Positions 15,425 through 28,440 of a DNA stretch of 64,000 nucleotides are shown here, one piece after another (positions within the stretch are counted from its first letter, which is position 1; each line of letters starts with the position of its first letter). The notes under the pieces were generated by a model. It had not been told where the DNA came from. It made no database searches and saw only the letters and a list, made by a program, of their open reading frames with translations. The translations under genes and the position numbers were made by a program. Origin of the DNA: Auanema rhodensis. Taxonomy: Eukaryota; Animalia; Nematoda. The stretch lies in the NCBI GenBank assembly GCA_964057225.1, contig OZ059896.1, positions 16,244,001 to 16,308,000 on the forward strand, given 5' to 3'.

Positions 15425-16342
15425 ATGCCAAGAATTTCTCCACACCGTAGTGCTATTGCTTGTCTGGTTGATGAAGGTCTTTCTGCTGCAGAGATATCAA
15501 GAAGGCTGAACATTCCATCGCCCACGTGCCGTAAGATTTCAAAACTTTATAGGGATACAGGTTGCATTGAGGAGAACCCAAAGACTAGGAGAATCCGTTC
15601 GGTCAACGTTCCACGTACGAGGAACATCATTACTCTTCGGATACAACGCGACTCAACGGTTAGTATGAGAAAAATGGCCAAAGATCTAGGTATTTCAACG
15701 GAACGAGTCCGTTACATCGTCAAAAAGGAACTCAAAATGCGAAGTTATCATCTCGGAAGAGGACAGCAACTGACGGATCGACAGAAAAAAAAGACTGGAA
15801 AAAGCAAAGAAAATTACTAGTTTTCTTAAGCAAGACGTACATTTTACAGATGAAAAAACTTTTACTCTTCAGCCTTCCCGAACAGACAGAATTATCGACA
15901 ACTGATAAAGATAGATGGAAGAAGAAATCAAAGCAGAATCATTGCTGAGAGATCTCTCTTCACCAAATCTTTGATGGTTTGTGGGGGAATCACAGCAAAA
16001 CTGAAGACACCGCTCGTTTTCATTGAAAGGAGCGTAAAAATCAATGCAGCCGTGTATCAAAAAACGATATTAGAGGACGTTTTCGGACCATGGATGAGAA
16101 GCAACTTCCATAATCAGGAAATAATTCTTCAACAGGATTGGGCACCAGCTCATAGTGCCAAAACTACGATGGACTACTGTAAAACCTATTTTTCAGGGTT
16201 CTGGGGCAAAGATGTATGGCCTTCCTGTTCACCTGACCTAAACCCGATGAACTATTCAGTATGGGGACTTCTTCAATCCAAAATAGAGAAGCAACATTTC
16301 ACTAGTTTGGATTCGTTGAACCTAGCTTTGATCACGATATAG
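15425..16342 (+). mobile_element. Tc1/mariner DD37D (maT-like) transposase pseudogene
   Basis: HTH N-terminus; FTDEK; QQDWAPAH, then 37 residues to the third catalytic position in SPDLNPMN(D)Y; frameshifted. Confidence 0.85.
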
Positions 16343-16685
16343 ATAAAGATTACCTGCGGTCAACCGTGAACAATTTCAAAACCACTATTGAACAAGCATG
16401 GATAGAGCTAGAAAATCTTCGTGAAGGTCTTCGGCCTATCAATTGCATGCAACCTGACTTGGGACCAATTATAACTCTACAAACGAGCGAATTGGAGAAG
16501 AAAAACGCAACACATCCATGATGGAACTATTGGAAGTTAGTACTTGGATTGGAGACGGCTTGGGAATCCCGGGTGCCGTAAGCTTTTTCTTTTTCTCACT
16601 TTCTCATATAGTGTGTAATCAGTAGTTACCTATATGGTATACGGTTATCTGGAAATGTTTTCATTTTCCGAGACAATTCTTAGAC

Positions 16686-16826
16686 AGCTTTGCGCATTGG
16701 CGATAACGTGGCCAATGAGGCTTTGCCGAGGTGCGTTTATTGCTGGTTGAAAACTTTTCCCAATTACCCACGATATTCCCTGAAACATGGGTGATATACG
16801 AAATTTTTGAATGCCTGATAAGGCTG
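16686..16826 (+). ncRNA. U4: U4 snRNA, diverged edge copy
   Basis: Several substitutions relative to the array consensus. Confidence 0.8.
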
Positions 16827-16866
16827 ATTTGCATATTATGGAAGAATGTTCCACGTGAAAAGACGT

Positions 16867-19800
16867 TGTCGCGGTTAGCGACTATTTTTTATCTTTTTTC
16901 TATGTTTTATTCCATTTCAGTTTTGTTTTCATCGTTTTTCTTTTACTTTGTCTATTTCAGATTGTACTTTTCGGCCCGCCTTCATATATCTTCATCTATA
17001 GGATCGAAAAGACAATATACCTCAACCGACTTCAACAGAGTATAGACAATCTATCTTGTGTTGATATTGTTAACTTTCTGTTTAATAAAGCATTCTACCA
17101 CTGATTATTTGTTATTCGATTCTCAGCGGAAATCTATCACACGGAATACCTTCGCCGAAGCGACATTGGTGCATCGACCATTACGACTCAGGTATCTGCT
17201 TCAACAGGTATTTTTACATATAACTTGGTGGCAAATCTTAAGTCTATCAACTCAGACGTGAAATTGTCTGCAGTAACCGAAATATTTCGAAGCATAATAA
17301 CGCTTCAATATACGACAGGTCGTATATTTTTCATTTTACATCTCGTTCATCATTATCAGCTATAGAAGCTTACCGATAACGCCTCATACAGCGTTGGAAA
17401 TTGCATCTTCCTTTGTTAGCTAAATCCGGCAATTATACAATTTCTTATCCGCTCTGCTGAAACGCAAATTTACTCGACAATGAACCCGCTGGGGTTCCTG
17501 ATTCTGAAATTACATACGATAGAATCATTCTGCTTCAATCTACATTACGCAATCACGGATCCGTACTGAAAGATCTCTACAACTCTCGAATCATTGAACA
17601 AAGCCATTCAAAAATTCAAAAATGTTTTTAAAGATTCTGATAAGGAACTACAAGATGAACTGCGAGCATTATGCGCAGAATCGATGAAAATTCAAATAAT
17701 CGTCAAGCTTACGATATTGCTGACGAACAAAGACTATTACTGATTGACCGTATTAATCATATTAAAACAGCAATTGCATTCGTGGAATCACTACTTCCCG
17801 AGAAAAAGAACGAAAAAGTAATCGAAAGCACTGGTACCGAAAGATCACAAATTTATTGCAATTTATTACAATTCTTACAAACAAGCAATCACATTCAACG
17901 TCCGGTAACACAAATACCGACTTTCGATGGTACACCCGAAAATTTCAAACTTTATTGGTCTCGTTTTAATAACATGATACATCAAAATTCACAATATTCC
18001 ATACTTGATAAAGTGAATATTTTACTCGAAGGCTTATCCGATAAAGCTTTAGTCGTTATAAGAGGAATTGAACCTAATGAAAACAACTATCTTAACCACA
18101 AATTTTTTTACAAAGGCTACTTTGCCTAAACTAACCGTTGATTTTCGATGTGCTCATATGGGATCTTGTGATCAAACTTGTGAAACTATGAATCATCGCT
18201 CTCGTATTCCTGAATTCGAACCATATAATTATCCAACACAATCCAAATGTGTCCGGTCTTCAGCACATATATGGCGTTGTTTAACATTTTGGGAAAACCC
18301 TTGTCTTTTCTACAAATTAGAACATGTACCTACTTCGAACAACATATTTGGAATATTTAAATGTGAAGATTGGACAACATCTTCAACTTTTGAAATTATA
18401 ACACATATTGTTAAAGATAAAAATATTTATAATATCACAATACCACCATATTTGAAAATGAATTACTCTTTTTTCAATATGACGATCAATACACAAGACA
18501 AACCTCCTACTCCACTTCATAATTATTATTTTGTTGCTTCAAACAATCAAATCTTTGCTGTTGAACCATATTTTCCATTTATGATACAATGTACTTCGAA
18601 AGCAGACACTTCTTACAATTTTTCAAGATGTACAACGGTTATCGATTGTACTTGTAACAAAATCAATAATGATGTTGTTGGCTGTATATGTCCACAACAT
18701 AATTTCACACATTTTTCTCATATTTTACCTCCGTATATGGCAAATACGGAAACAATCTATAAACCCAATACATCCTTAACTTTTCGAGCCCAGTCTGATG
18801 AAACTACAGTTTCAATTGATTCTGAACTTTTATATGACAGTAATACATTTTCCTATGATATACCTTGTCGTCCCTTATTGATCAGTCTCTCCGGATGTTA
18901 TTCCTGTGGGCAGGGTGCATCTGCATTGTTTTCTTGCATGTCATCTTAAGAAACATGGCTACCTATTGAGTGCTTAAAAGATGTATTTATGATTAAATGT
19001 TCACCTTTCAATGAAATTGCAAATATCAATATTAAAAGAGATAATTCAATTATAAATGAAGTTTGTCATACTAAATGTAATTATGAAAAAATTGATATAA
19101 TTGTAACGGGACAATTATATTTTAATTCATCTGCAAACGAACCATATGAAACTCATTCGAATCAGAATTCAGTAATAATACTTGTGTAGTGACTTGTCAC
19201 TAAGTTAAAATATTACAATTTCAATGAAACTACTTAAAACGCATGAATCATAAAGAACTATATTATTCTTATTCATATCATCTTTCTCACGCTTTAAATA
19301 TTCTTTACAACACAACTAGTATATAAGCTAAAATTGTTATAATGATAACCACAATAAATCTAATCCTATCTTTCTGTGTTAGCTCTTAGTTCACACACTT
19401 GACATAATTCCTTTTTTGAAACTTTTTAAAGAACACCGGATGATGTTTTCAATCTGCATTATTTTTCTGATCCTGATATGTTTTTTGGGGTACCTAGGTT
19501 GTACTCCAGCCATTTCTTTTTTTCTTGATCGCAGTTTTCCGCACTATTAAAATGATAATAGAGATTGCAGCCAAGCTATTCTTCATCCTTAGAAATTTTT
19601 GTTTTGATAGAAGATTCTAATTTGAACTACTTCTGTACTATTCTTAGAAATCACACTATATAAGCATTGTTATCCTCATTTTTCGAAATATTTTGTTGTC
19701 ATGGATTCTGATTCTATTCCAGTTCATAATGAACCATCTTTTGAGGAAGAATTGGAAGATCCTTCCTATTCTAACCTTCCTACCTCTATTCGAACTCTTG

Positions 19801-20482
19801 TTCTCGTTGAAAATCGTTTAAATCGAAAGTTCCAATACATGAGTGAGTATTTGGACAATCACTTCAGAATTATTTCTGAAGCTATGAAAATTCTGAATGA
19901 AACTCAGAATTTAATTCGATTACAAACGCAGCCAACGAAAACTTGCCTATTTTGCGATCAAGTGACTACTGATGGTCACCGCACAGGCAACTGTCCTATC
20001 TATTCATCTGTTATGGAGCGCGGAATCCGCGCTCATCAATTTAAATTATGTTTACGATGTTCATCAGCTCTACACGAGCATCCTTGTAGCACTAACTGCT
20101 ACAAATGCAACTCTGATAAGCATCATGGGTCATTATACGACGGACAACGTCGCAAAAGGCCAATGGCTTAGCTGCGGCGGCAGTGTCGCGGTTAGCGATT
20201 ATTTTTTATCTTTTTTCTATGTTTTGTTCCATTTCAGTTTTGTTTTTATCGTTTTTCTTTTACTTTGTCTATTTCAGATTGTACTTTTCGGCTCGCCTTC
20301 ATATATCTTCATCTATAGGATCGAAAAGACAATATACCTCAACCGACTTCAACGGAGTATAGACAATCTATCTTGTGTTGATATTGTTAACTTTCTGTTT
20401 AATAAAGCATTCTACCACTGATTATTTGTTATTCGATTCTCAGCGGAAATCTACCGCACGGAATACCTTCGCCGAAGCGACA
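16867..20482 (+). mobile_element. Internally deleted BEL/Pao LTR retrotransposon
   Basis: 299-bp LTRs 16867-17165 and 20184-20482 (TG..CA); TSD gacgt/gatgt; PBS TGGTGCATCGACC (tRNA-Gly type); gag fragment 17671-18090 joined to a Gc-like env fragment 18090-19189; zinc-finger ORF 19701-20171. Confidence 0.92.
19701..20171 (+). CDS. BEL 3' accessory ORF: helical region, three Cys/His knuckles, basic C-terminus
   Basis: CLFC..DGHRTGNCP..CLRC..C..CYKC..HHGSL..RRKRP; homologous to 61802-62314. Confidence 0.75.
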   Translation: MDSDSIPVHNEPSFEEELEDPSYSNLPTSIRTLVLVENRLNRKFQYMSEYLDNHFRIISEAMKILNETQNLIRLQTQPTKTCLFCDQVTTDGHRTGNCPIYSSVMERGIRAHQFKLCLRCSSALHEHPCSTNCYKCNSDKHHGSLYDGQRRKRPMA

Positions 20483-20557
20483 GATGTCAATTTTCAAAAT
20501 CAAACTAGAAGGAACGGTTGCACTGCATACATATTCCGAAAAGAAAGGTAAGCATTC

Positions 20558-20668
20558 GCTTACGACGTTGAAAGTACGCCATCCCGTTGGATCTGGCAAG
20601 TCAAGCAACATTTGGCCCGGTTAGTACTTGGATCAGAGACGGTTTGGGAATCTCAGGTGCCGTAAGCT
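20558..20668 (+). pseudogene. 5S rRNA pseudogene
   Basis: 8-nt deletion near the 5' end and multiple substitutions. Confidence 0.85.
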
Positions 20669-20768
20669 TTTTCTTTTCTCATTTTCTCATATAGTTTGTA
20701 ATCAGTAGTTACTTATAGGGTATACGGTTAACTAGAAATGTTTTGATTTTCCGAGACAATTTTTAGAC

Positions 20769-20909
20769 AGCTTTGCGCAGTGGCGATAACGTGACCAATG
20801 AGGCTTTGCCGAGGTGCGTTTATTGCTGGTTGAAAACTTTTCCCAATTACCCGCAATATTCCCTGAAACATGGGTGATATACGCAATTTTTGAATGCCTG
20901 ATAAGGCTG
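20769..20909 (+). ncRNA. U4: U4 snRNA
   Basis: AGCTTTGCGCAGTGGCGATAACG...Sm site AATTTTTG...3' hairpin. Confidence 0.9.
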
Positions 20910-21019
20910 ATTTGCATATTATGGAAGAATGTTCCACGTGAAAAGACGTCAATTTTCAAAATCAAACTAGAAGGAACGGTTGCACTGCATACATATTCCG
21001 AAAAGAAAGGTAAGCATTC

Positions 21020-21139
21020 GCTTACGACCATACCACGTTGAAAGTACGCCAACCCCGTTCGATCTGGCAAGTCAAGCAACGTTGGGACCGGTTAGTACTT
21101 GGATCGGAGACGGCTTGGGAATCCCGGGTGCCGTAAGCT
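21020..21139 (+). rRNA. 5S rRNA, variant copy
   Basis: Full length with a few substitutions, followed by a T-run terminator. Confidence 0.8.
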
Positions 21140-21240
21140 TTTTCTTTTTCTCATTTTCTCATATAGTTTGTAATCAGTAGTTACCTATAGGGTATACGGT
21201 TAACTAGAAATGTTTTCATTTTCCGAGACAATTCTTAGAC

Positions 21241-21349
21241 AGCTTTGCGCAGTGGCGATAACGTGACCAATGAGGCTTTGCCGAGGTGCGTTTATTGCTG
21301 GTTGAAAACTTCTCCCAATTACCCGCGATATTCCCTGAAACATGGGTGA
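21241..21349 (+). pseudogene. U4 snRNA truncated by transposon insertion
   Basis: U4 match stops before the Sm site. Confidence 0.85.
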
Positions 21350-23844
21350 CGGGATGCTATTAAAGCTATAAATCTATAGAAGTCAGATATAAGTCGTTAC
21401 ATACCTTGAAGTGCCATCAAAAATATAAATTAAAAAAGCAGAAATTAAAATAAACATACAGTTCTATCAACCAGGCTATCATCGAACAATTTCAAGTCAA
21501 CAGTTACGTGAGTTCATAGTAATAGTTGTTTGTTTATCTTTTTTTTCGATAAATTTGCTTATTCATATTTTCTCATCTTTTATCGTTTTTCCTTCTACTT
21601 TCTGTCCATTTTCTCTGATGATTAACGCTCGGGGTAAATTTGTTCTTGTTTCTCAGCCTTTTGATAATGTTCCTTCGGAGAACATAACTATCTTTTTAAT
21701 AATTCTTCGGTAAATACTCAGAATCTTGAAGTTTATTCAAATGATGTAACTTCACTCTCATTTTTGAATTTCACTCTCCCATCTTTCAATATCCCTCCAT
21801 TGAGGCAGCAAAATGTTAATTTTGCTTCTGCTCTTTCTCTAGCAAATTCATCTGCCGCTTCTTCTTCAGTTGAATCTGTTGCTACAGTTACTGTCCCTAC
21901 TGTCAACAGCGTTTCACTGTTCTCTTCTTCTACTTCACATTTTTCTGTTCAGCCTTCTTCTTCTTCTTCTGCTGTTCATTCTTCACCGTCATCTTCTGTT
22001 TCTTCTTCTCCTTCTTCTGTTTCCTCTCCTTCTTTTCCTGTTCCCTCTCCTTCTTCTTCTGTTCCCTCTCCGTCTTCTTCATTTTCTTCGCAATCTGCAA
22101 ATCCTAACTCTTACGCCGCTCTCATTGCGCCTTCTAAGCAGGGTGTACACCCCTGTTTAGAATATAAATTTGAAAACTTGCTGTATCGCTACCAATTCAG
22201 TAGTAAAAGTTCTCAAAAAGCTTATTCTATTTATCGTTGCACGGGTTGTAAACAGTTGGGTAAATACACTTCTATCAAAGTAGAAAATAATGTATTTCTC
22301 GAAAATCCTTTTGCTCAAAACCATCATTGTGATCCATTTTTGTTTTCTATTAACAAATGCAAAAATATCACATACTCTCTAACTCAGAATATTAAACGTT
22401 CAGACTCATGTTTTGAGATGAAAGCATATTCCTTATTTGTCAATGAAATAAAAAAAATATATCATAAATCTGAGTTAGAAGAGCATGAAAAGCAAGAAGT
22501 TTCCTCTGCCTGGTTCCATGGTGGCTATGATAGTAGACGTAGAGCTATTACAAGGGCTTTAAGTTCTCGTAAAGACTTAAGAATATCCATGACCAATGTT
22601 CCTCTGTCTTTGTCTAAAACTATCAATGGTTGTACGTTCTTGCATTTTCATGACAGCGAGTTTCATTTGTATTTTGATACATTTTGTTTGGAACTAGCTG
22701 TTCAGAATGGTTTAACTCATTTGCTTGGGGACGGTTGTTTCAAATATCAGCCTTTGGATATGGAACAAACATATACCATCATTGGGCGGTTGCAGAAATG
22801 GAACAACTGTACCTCTTTTCTATTCCATTTTAAAAAATAAAAGTAGGTTCACTTATAGAAGGCTTCTTCAACATGTTGTTCTAGCTCTCTCCAACGTTGG
22901 TTGCATAGTTGAAAACCTTATTTTTATCTGTGATTTTCAGATCACTGTAATAAGGGAAGCTGAAACTATTTTTAATTCTGTTCAAGGATGTGCATTTCAT
23001 TATGCTCAAGGCTTGAACAGACGGTTCCTTCAACTGGGTTTGACACAAGCAGAGAAGCAATCCATTGATATCAAACAATCGCATGGTCGGCTGCTGGGCT
23101 TGCTCTTCCTTCAAACTGATCTTATCTCACGGTCCGGGTTACTTAATTCTCCCGTTTCTTCTGATCATCCATCATATTCTTCTTGTCTTCAAATGATCAG
23201 TTATGTGAATGAAACATGGATTGAAGGACCTTTGCGACATTATTGGAGCAAATGGGACATAAAACAGTTTCGTACATCTAATAATGTTGAATCTTTTCAC
23301 CTTAAAATGAAGACTATTTTATCTAGCTCTCATCCTCCTCTTTCTGAATTAATTACTTTTTTTCATGGTGAAAATTTGATGGCTAATCATGTCCTGATCG
23401 CTTTGTCATCGAATGTTGAGCCTGCCAGGAAAAAAAGAAACAGCGTAACTGAGAGGCAACAACGGATTGAGGTTAAGTTTGAAAACTTCAGGAACATCTC
23501 CAATAACCGACTGCCTAATCAGGAGGAAATAATAGCATAAGTCCAGGAGATGGCGAAGTTTAACACCAGAAAATCTTATTTTTAAATCATTTAACTTGAA
23601 AAACTAAACTCTAATAAATTTTTTGAACCATATCTTTTTTAACACAAAAACCTCCTGGCCGTTTAGATTAAGAACCTTGATTTTTTATGAACTGTTTAAG
23701 TTTTTGGGTAATTTTTAGAAGTCTAAACGACCAAAAACTGAGAGTACAACACGTGTGGTATAATTTACGACCGTTAGGCTTGCTGGGGAGAGGTTGTAAA
23801 AATAGGAGACGACGAAACGTCTCAGACCCAGTCAAGGGGTTGTT
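21350..23844 (+). mobile_element. MULE/Mutator-like transposon with frameshifted transposase (ORFs 21764-22840 and 22725-23540)
   Basis: YRCTGC..HHC Zn module; LGDGCFK; FICDF; GCAFHYAQ; TSNNVESFH. Replaces the U4 3' end through the 5S 5' half. Confidence 0.8.
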
Positions 23845-24004
23845 GTTGGGCCCGGTTAGTACTTGGATCCGAGACGGCTTGGGAATCCCGGGTGCCGTAA
23901 GCTTTTCCCTTTTCTCATATTTTCATATAGTTTATCATCTTTAGTTACCTATATGGTATACGGTTAACTAGAAATGTTTTCATTTTCCGAGACAATTCTT
24001 AGAC

Positions 24005-24145
24005 AGCTTTGCGCAGTGGCGATAACGTGACCAATGAGGCTTTGCCGAGGTGCGTTTATTGCTGGTTGAAAACTTTTCCCAATTACCCGCGATATTCTCT
24101 GAAACATGGGTGATATACGCAATTTTTGAATGCCTGATAAGGCTG
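24005..24145 (+). ncRNA. U4: U4 snRNA
   Basis: Matches the array consensus. Confidence 0.9.
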
Positions 24146-24323
24146 ATTTGCATATTATGGAAAAATGTTCCACGTGAAAAGACGTCAATTTTCAAAATCA
24201 AACTAGAAGGAACGGTTGCACTGCATACATATTCCGAAAAGAAAGGTAAGCATTCGCTCACGACCATACCACGTTGAAAGTACGCCATCCCGTCCGATCT
24301 GGCAAGTCAAGCAACGTTGGGCC

Positions 24324-24812
24324 TGTCGCTTGACAACTGGACTTTTACCTCCAAGTATCAGTCCAAGTGTGGAGTTGGTTCGTATGAGTGCGGTATTATG
24401 CGTTAAGACAGGTAAAATGAAGAATGGTTTATTCAACAAATGCAACAACAGTAAAGAGAATTACAGCAAGTGGATTGATTTTAGAATTTCCTAGAAAATC
24501 CTAAAATCAATTCAAAATTGGTGAGACATGAGTTTTAACCATCTGGTTCTCCCTTTTATAGGGAGGCACCAGATGGAGGAGAATGTTCTTGCAAAACAAA
24601 GTAAGAATGAGTGAAAATCAGTATAAAACTTACATATTCTTTCACGTGGACCGTGACAGTCCGCGCCTAAAGTCTTCGTTTTTTGTTTGCTGAGCAGAGA
24701 GCAGAATGATGATCTGTTCCTTGACAGCGACTGCAGGTTATCTTGCAGTCGTCCATGTGTGCGGGGGCCAAGCATTTCACACAGATTCTTAGATGGTTAC
24801 ATCTAAGTGATC
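24324..24812 (-). mobile_element. Diverged 3' LTR (24324-24658) and 3' zinc-finger ORF end of the 5S-inserting BEL family
   Basis: Follows 5S nt 1-68 (24256-24323, ending gggcc). LTR homologous to 34102-34445 with many substitutions and indels. Confidence 0.88.
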
Positions 24813-25470
24813 GTATATCTTTTACGTTTGACGTCTCCACAGACCACTCCATGGTAAGTATCGGCCTAGCACTTATAGCAGGATATTTCGCACATTGCTG
24901 GATGTTTTGGGTTTAAACATTTTATGCATAGCCCCAATTCGTGTAGGCGTATGGTACGCTCTGGGGACGAGGGGTAAATTGGACAACCTGCTGTGCGATG
25001 GCCATCAGCTGTAGGCTTGTTGCAGAATACGCAGGAGGCTTTAGGAGCCGTCTGAATAGCTAAATTATCAAGCTCCAGATTCAGTGTACTGTTGATGTTG
25101 TCCAGGCGCGCGGAAATGTGGTTAACAGCGCTGGCGAGGTTATCATAGAACCTTTTCTCTAGAACCATTAGCTGCTTTAGGTTGGCAGTGGTGTTGGGCA
25201 GATGAGAATATTTTTTGAGATCTTCCTCAAAGGAAGTGTTCTCACTTGAATTGGACGTTATTTCATCCATTAACACTGAATTGAGAAAAACAATGGTGAT
25301 AATTACATCATTAATGAGAAAAAAGCTCAGAAATCCTAGACATGGAGCTGAGTCTAGCACAAATAAAAATTGAAACACTAATCTTACTGTAGTAAAGTAT
25401 ATGCGCTAATCTTACTATAGTGGTACTGTAAAAAATTTTTTTTTGAATCTAAAGAAAACAATAGAAAAAT
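24813..25470 (-). mobile_element. 3' fragment of a BEL element (accessory zinc-finger ORF 24866-25378)
   Basis: SFEEDLKKYSHLPNT..CVFCNKPTADGHRT, highly similar to 61802-62314. Confidence 0.85.
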
Positions 25471-25553
25471 TCAAGGGGGAGGTACCAAAAATATAGTATA
25501 AATAGAGATAAATTTTACACTCCCGTGTACACGGTTAACTGGAAATGACAGAC

Positions 25554-25694
25554 AGCTTTGCGCAGTGGCGATAACGTGACCAATGAGGCTTTGCCGAGGT
25601 GCGTTTATTACTGGTTGAAAACTTTTCCCAATTACCCGCGATATTCCCTGAAACACGGGTGATATACGCAATTTTTGAATGCCTGATAAGGCTG
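25554..25694 (+). ncRNA. U4: U4 snRNA, isolated copy with deleted upstream spacer
   Basis: U4 match with about 2 substitutions; upstream flank shortened. Confidence 0.8.
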
Positions 25695-25789
25695 ATTTGC
25701 ATATTATGGAAGAATGTTCCACGTGAAAAGACGTCAATTTTCAAAATCAAATGTTCCATACGTGTCCTATAAGTAGAGCGATTGACAAA

Positions 25790-26535
25790 CTTGGCTAGAC
25801 CTCTATTGAAGTCTTTGTGCTCAGGTTTTGCAAAATGATAATTAATTGTACTGATGTGACACCAGTGCTTGTTGTAGAGTGGTGTTTTCCTCCTCACTAT
25901 AACTCATCAATTTGAAAAGTTGTTTCGCAGTATATTTCGGTTGAATATAATGCTTACTGACTCTGTGCCCAGCAAAGTCTAGTTCATTATTAAAGACATG
26001 ATACTCTTTTAGAATACAGACAAGAGTTTCAGTTGCTTTTATATATTTGTTGACATCATCGCTATTCCAACCATCGATCATTATTGCAACATCATCACCT
26101 AAGGCGTAGATTGGACATAATTTTATGTTTGCTCTTTTTGAAGCAATCATATGATACATTAGTTGCAGATGGGTATTGGTAGAGATGATATTAACACTTC
26201 CCGATTTTACAATACCTCCAATGGTTTGTTCATATCGACTGCCATCAGACAGTTGGAGTGTTGCTCCAGGGTGATTATTTCTCCTGAAAACTCTTTTTGC
26301 AAGAGTTTTCCACTTCGCTCGTTGACTTTCTGAATCTTCGTTCATCAACTCTCGGAATTCAAGATCGAGGTCCAATGCCTACTGTGGTACGGTCCAATCC
26401 CAACTGGATTTGTCCAGGCATAAAAATTTTCTGCTTAGATCGAAGTGTTTATAACCTCCTCGGCAGAAATGCATACCAGGACGAAAAGGTCCTTTGTACC
26501 AATTTTCAACTTCTTTGTCATTTTGTCTTATGGGT
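25790..26535 (-). pseudogene. Endogenous viral element: sobemo-like (+)ssRNA virus RdRp
   Basis: One frame: QNDKEVENWYKGPFRPGM; motif A CLDKSSWDWTVPQ*; motif B GIVKSGSVNIISTNT; motif C ALGDD; motif E LDFAGH. One premature stop at ~26380. Confidence 0.85.
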
Positions 26536-26809
26536 CAGTTCTTTGTCTTCCAAGTTTTTAACACGATCTTTCAACGTAGTGCATTCGTTTGTAAGGAATT
26601 CCAACTGCACCACAGTCTTCTTTTGCATTCGTTCGGAGGATTCAAGAGCTTTACTGGCAGCCTCATATTTTATCTGTAAATCATTATTGTCCGCTTCTAG
26701 GGATGCAATCCTATCGGTCAATTCCTGATTTCTTTTCATGAGTGCTTCCATACTTGCTATTGCTTCCTCCATCATCGGATTTATTCGTTCTTATACTTAA
26801 ATTGAAGAA

Positions 26810-28140
26810 ATTTGAAATCAACACGCACAGGAACATGTTAAGTCAAATACATTCAATATTTGATCCATTAGGTATGGCAAGCCCATTGATTTTACCATTA
26901 AAATTACTACTAAGAGAATCAAGTGATCAATTCAAGGGTTGGGATGTTGAATTACCCAAAGAAATAACACATAAATGGAATTTAGCCATAAATGAATTAT
27001 TAAATGAAAAGGAATTGAGACTTGAAAGAAAGTTAAACCTGGATGACTCTATATTATGGGTATTTACTGATGCTAGTAAACTAGCTATTGCTGCCTGCAC
27101 ATACATTGAAACACATGGTAAAATAAGCCAACTTGTAAGCGGAAAGTCGAAAAGTGCAAAAAAGGGAAATCTGACTATCCCAAGACTAGAACTCATTGCC
27201 ATACTATTATGTATTATGTTAGCTGATAATGTCACATCTACAACCAATCATCTTAAAACTGTACACGTAGCCAGTGAAAGTAAGGTAGCCTTACATTGGA
27301 TAGTTAACCATCAGAAAACTTTACCACCATATGTAGGCTGTCGCGTCGACAATGTAAGGAAGTATATAGATAAATTGAAGGAAAATAACATTAAAATCAA
27401 ACTTTTTCATGTGAATGGTGATTATAACCCAGCCGATATTGGTTCTCGAGGAGCTTGTCTCCAAGAACTAAGTGATTCTATGTGGATTAAAGGACCACAA
27501 TGGTTAACCCAAACAAAATCACACATTGAAGAAATTGAATATGAGCCTATTTGGAATATAACAACCTTGATCGATACCGTTGAACAACAACAAGCAACAC
27601 AAATACCAGTTGAAGATATATTTAAATTACGTAGCAACAACTATACCTTACTGAAAACTATAGTTAAATTAAGTAAATTCTTGAGACATTGGATCATAAA
27701 AGTACATCCCACAGCTACAACAAGGTTAAATAAGGTAATGCAATTAGATACAAACTGGCAAACTACAGCTAATGATATTGAGATTATAACCAAATTATTA
27801 ATAAGTAAAGCACAACAGCATGTGACAATTGATCTCCTCACGAAAAAACATGAAGGTTTTGTATTTTTTCTCGACGAAGAAATAATCAGAGTTCGTAGTA
27901 GATTGAACAACTCGGAATTACCGTTTGAAACTCAAAATCCCATATATCTTCCAAGGGATTCTCCGTACACAGAACACATAATTATGCATTTACACAGAGA
28001 ATGCATGCACCAAAGGCGAGATTTTGTTCTAACACTCTTGCGTCAAAAATACTTCTTAAGTAGACCATCAAGCATAGTCAGATCAGTTCTCAAAACATGC
28101 ACAATCTGCAATAGATACAACGCTTTGCCGTTTGGAACCA
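26810..28140 (+). mobile_element. BEL/Pao pol fragment (RT end, RNase H, integrase Zn finger)
   Basis: SIFDPLG; FTDAS; TIPRLEL; NPADIGSRG; H..H..CTIC. Confidence 0.9.
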
Positions 28141-28440
28141 TCGAGAACCAATATCGGCTGGGTTCATACTTGTCTAGCCGCTGTCATGAAGAACCTTGTC
28201 ACAAAGAGGTACAGTAATTGGCTAACTCCGGCATGACCATTCGTCCTGTGTAGGAACATAAGAATGAGTTTACCTAAAGTAGATTTTTTGGGAAGAAGAT
28301 ATGGAAACTTAGTTTTTGTGGGAAGTGATGAATTGGTGAACCGAGTCTTTATACAGATTAGTCCAGTCCCATCCTGTTTTAATCGAAATTGTTTTTTATA
28401 TGAATTTGAAAGATGAGTCTGAGCTTCTTTTATGAGCAGT
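28140..28440 (-). mobile_element. Inverted BEL/Pao pol fragment (pre-integrase)
   Basis: AE..LIKEAQ..TRFTNSSLP..KFPYLLPK..LHRTNGHAG. Confidence 0.75.

Noticed and set aside
26518-26775. 85-aa coiled-coil ORF next to the RdRp as a viral frameshift partner
   Set aside because: No recognisable motif or slippery site, and the RdRp frame is truncated here; origin undetermined.
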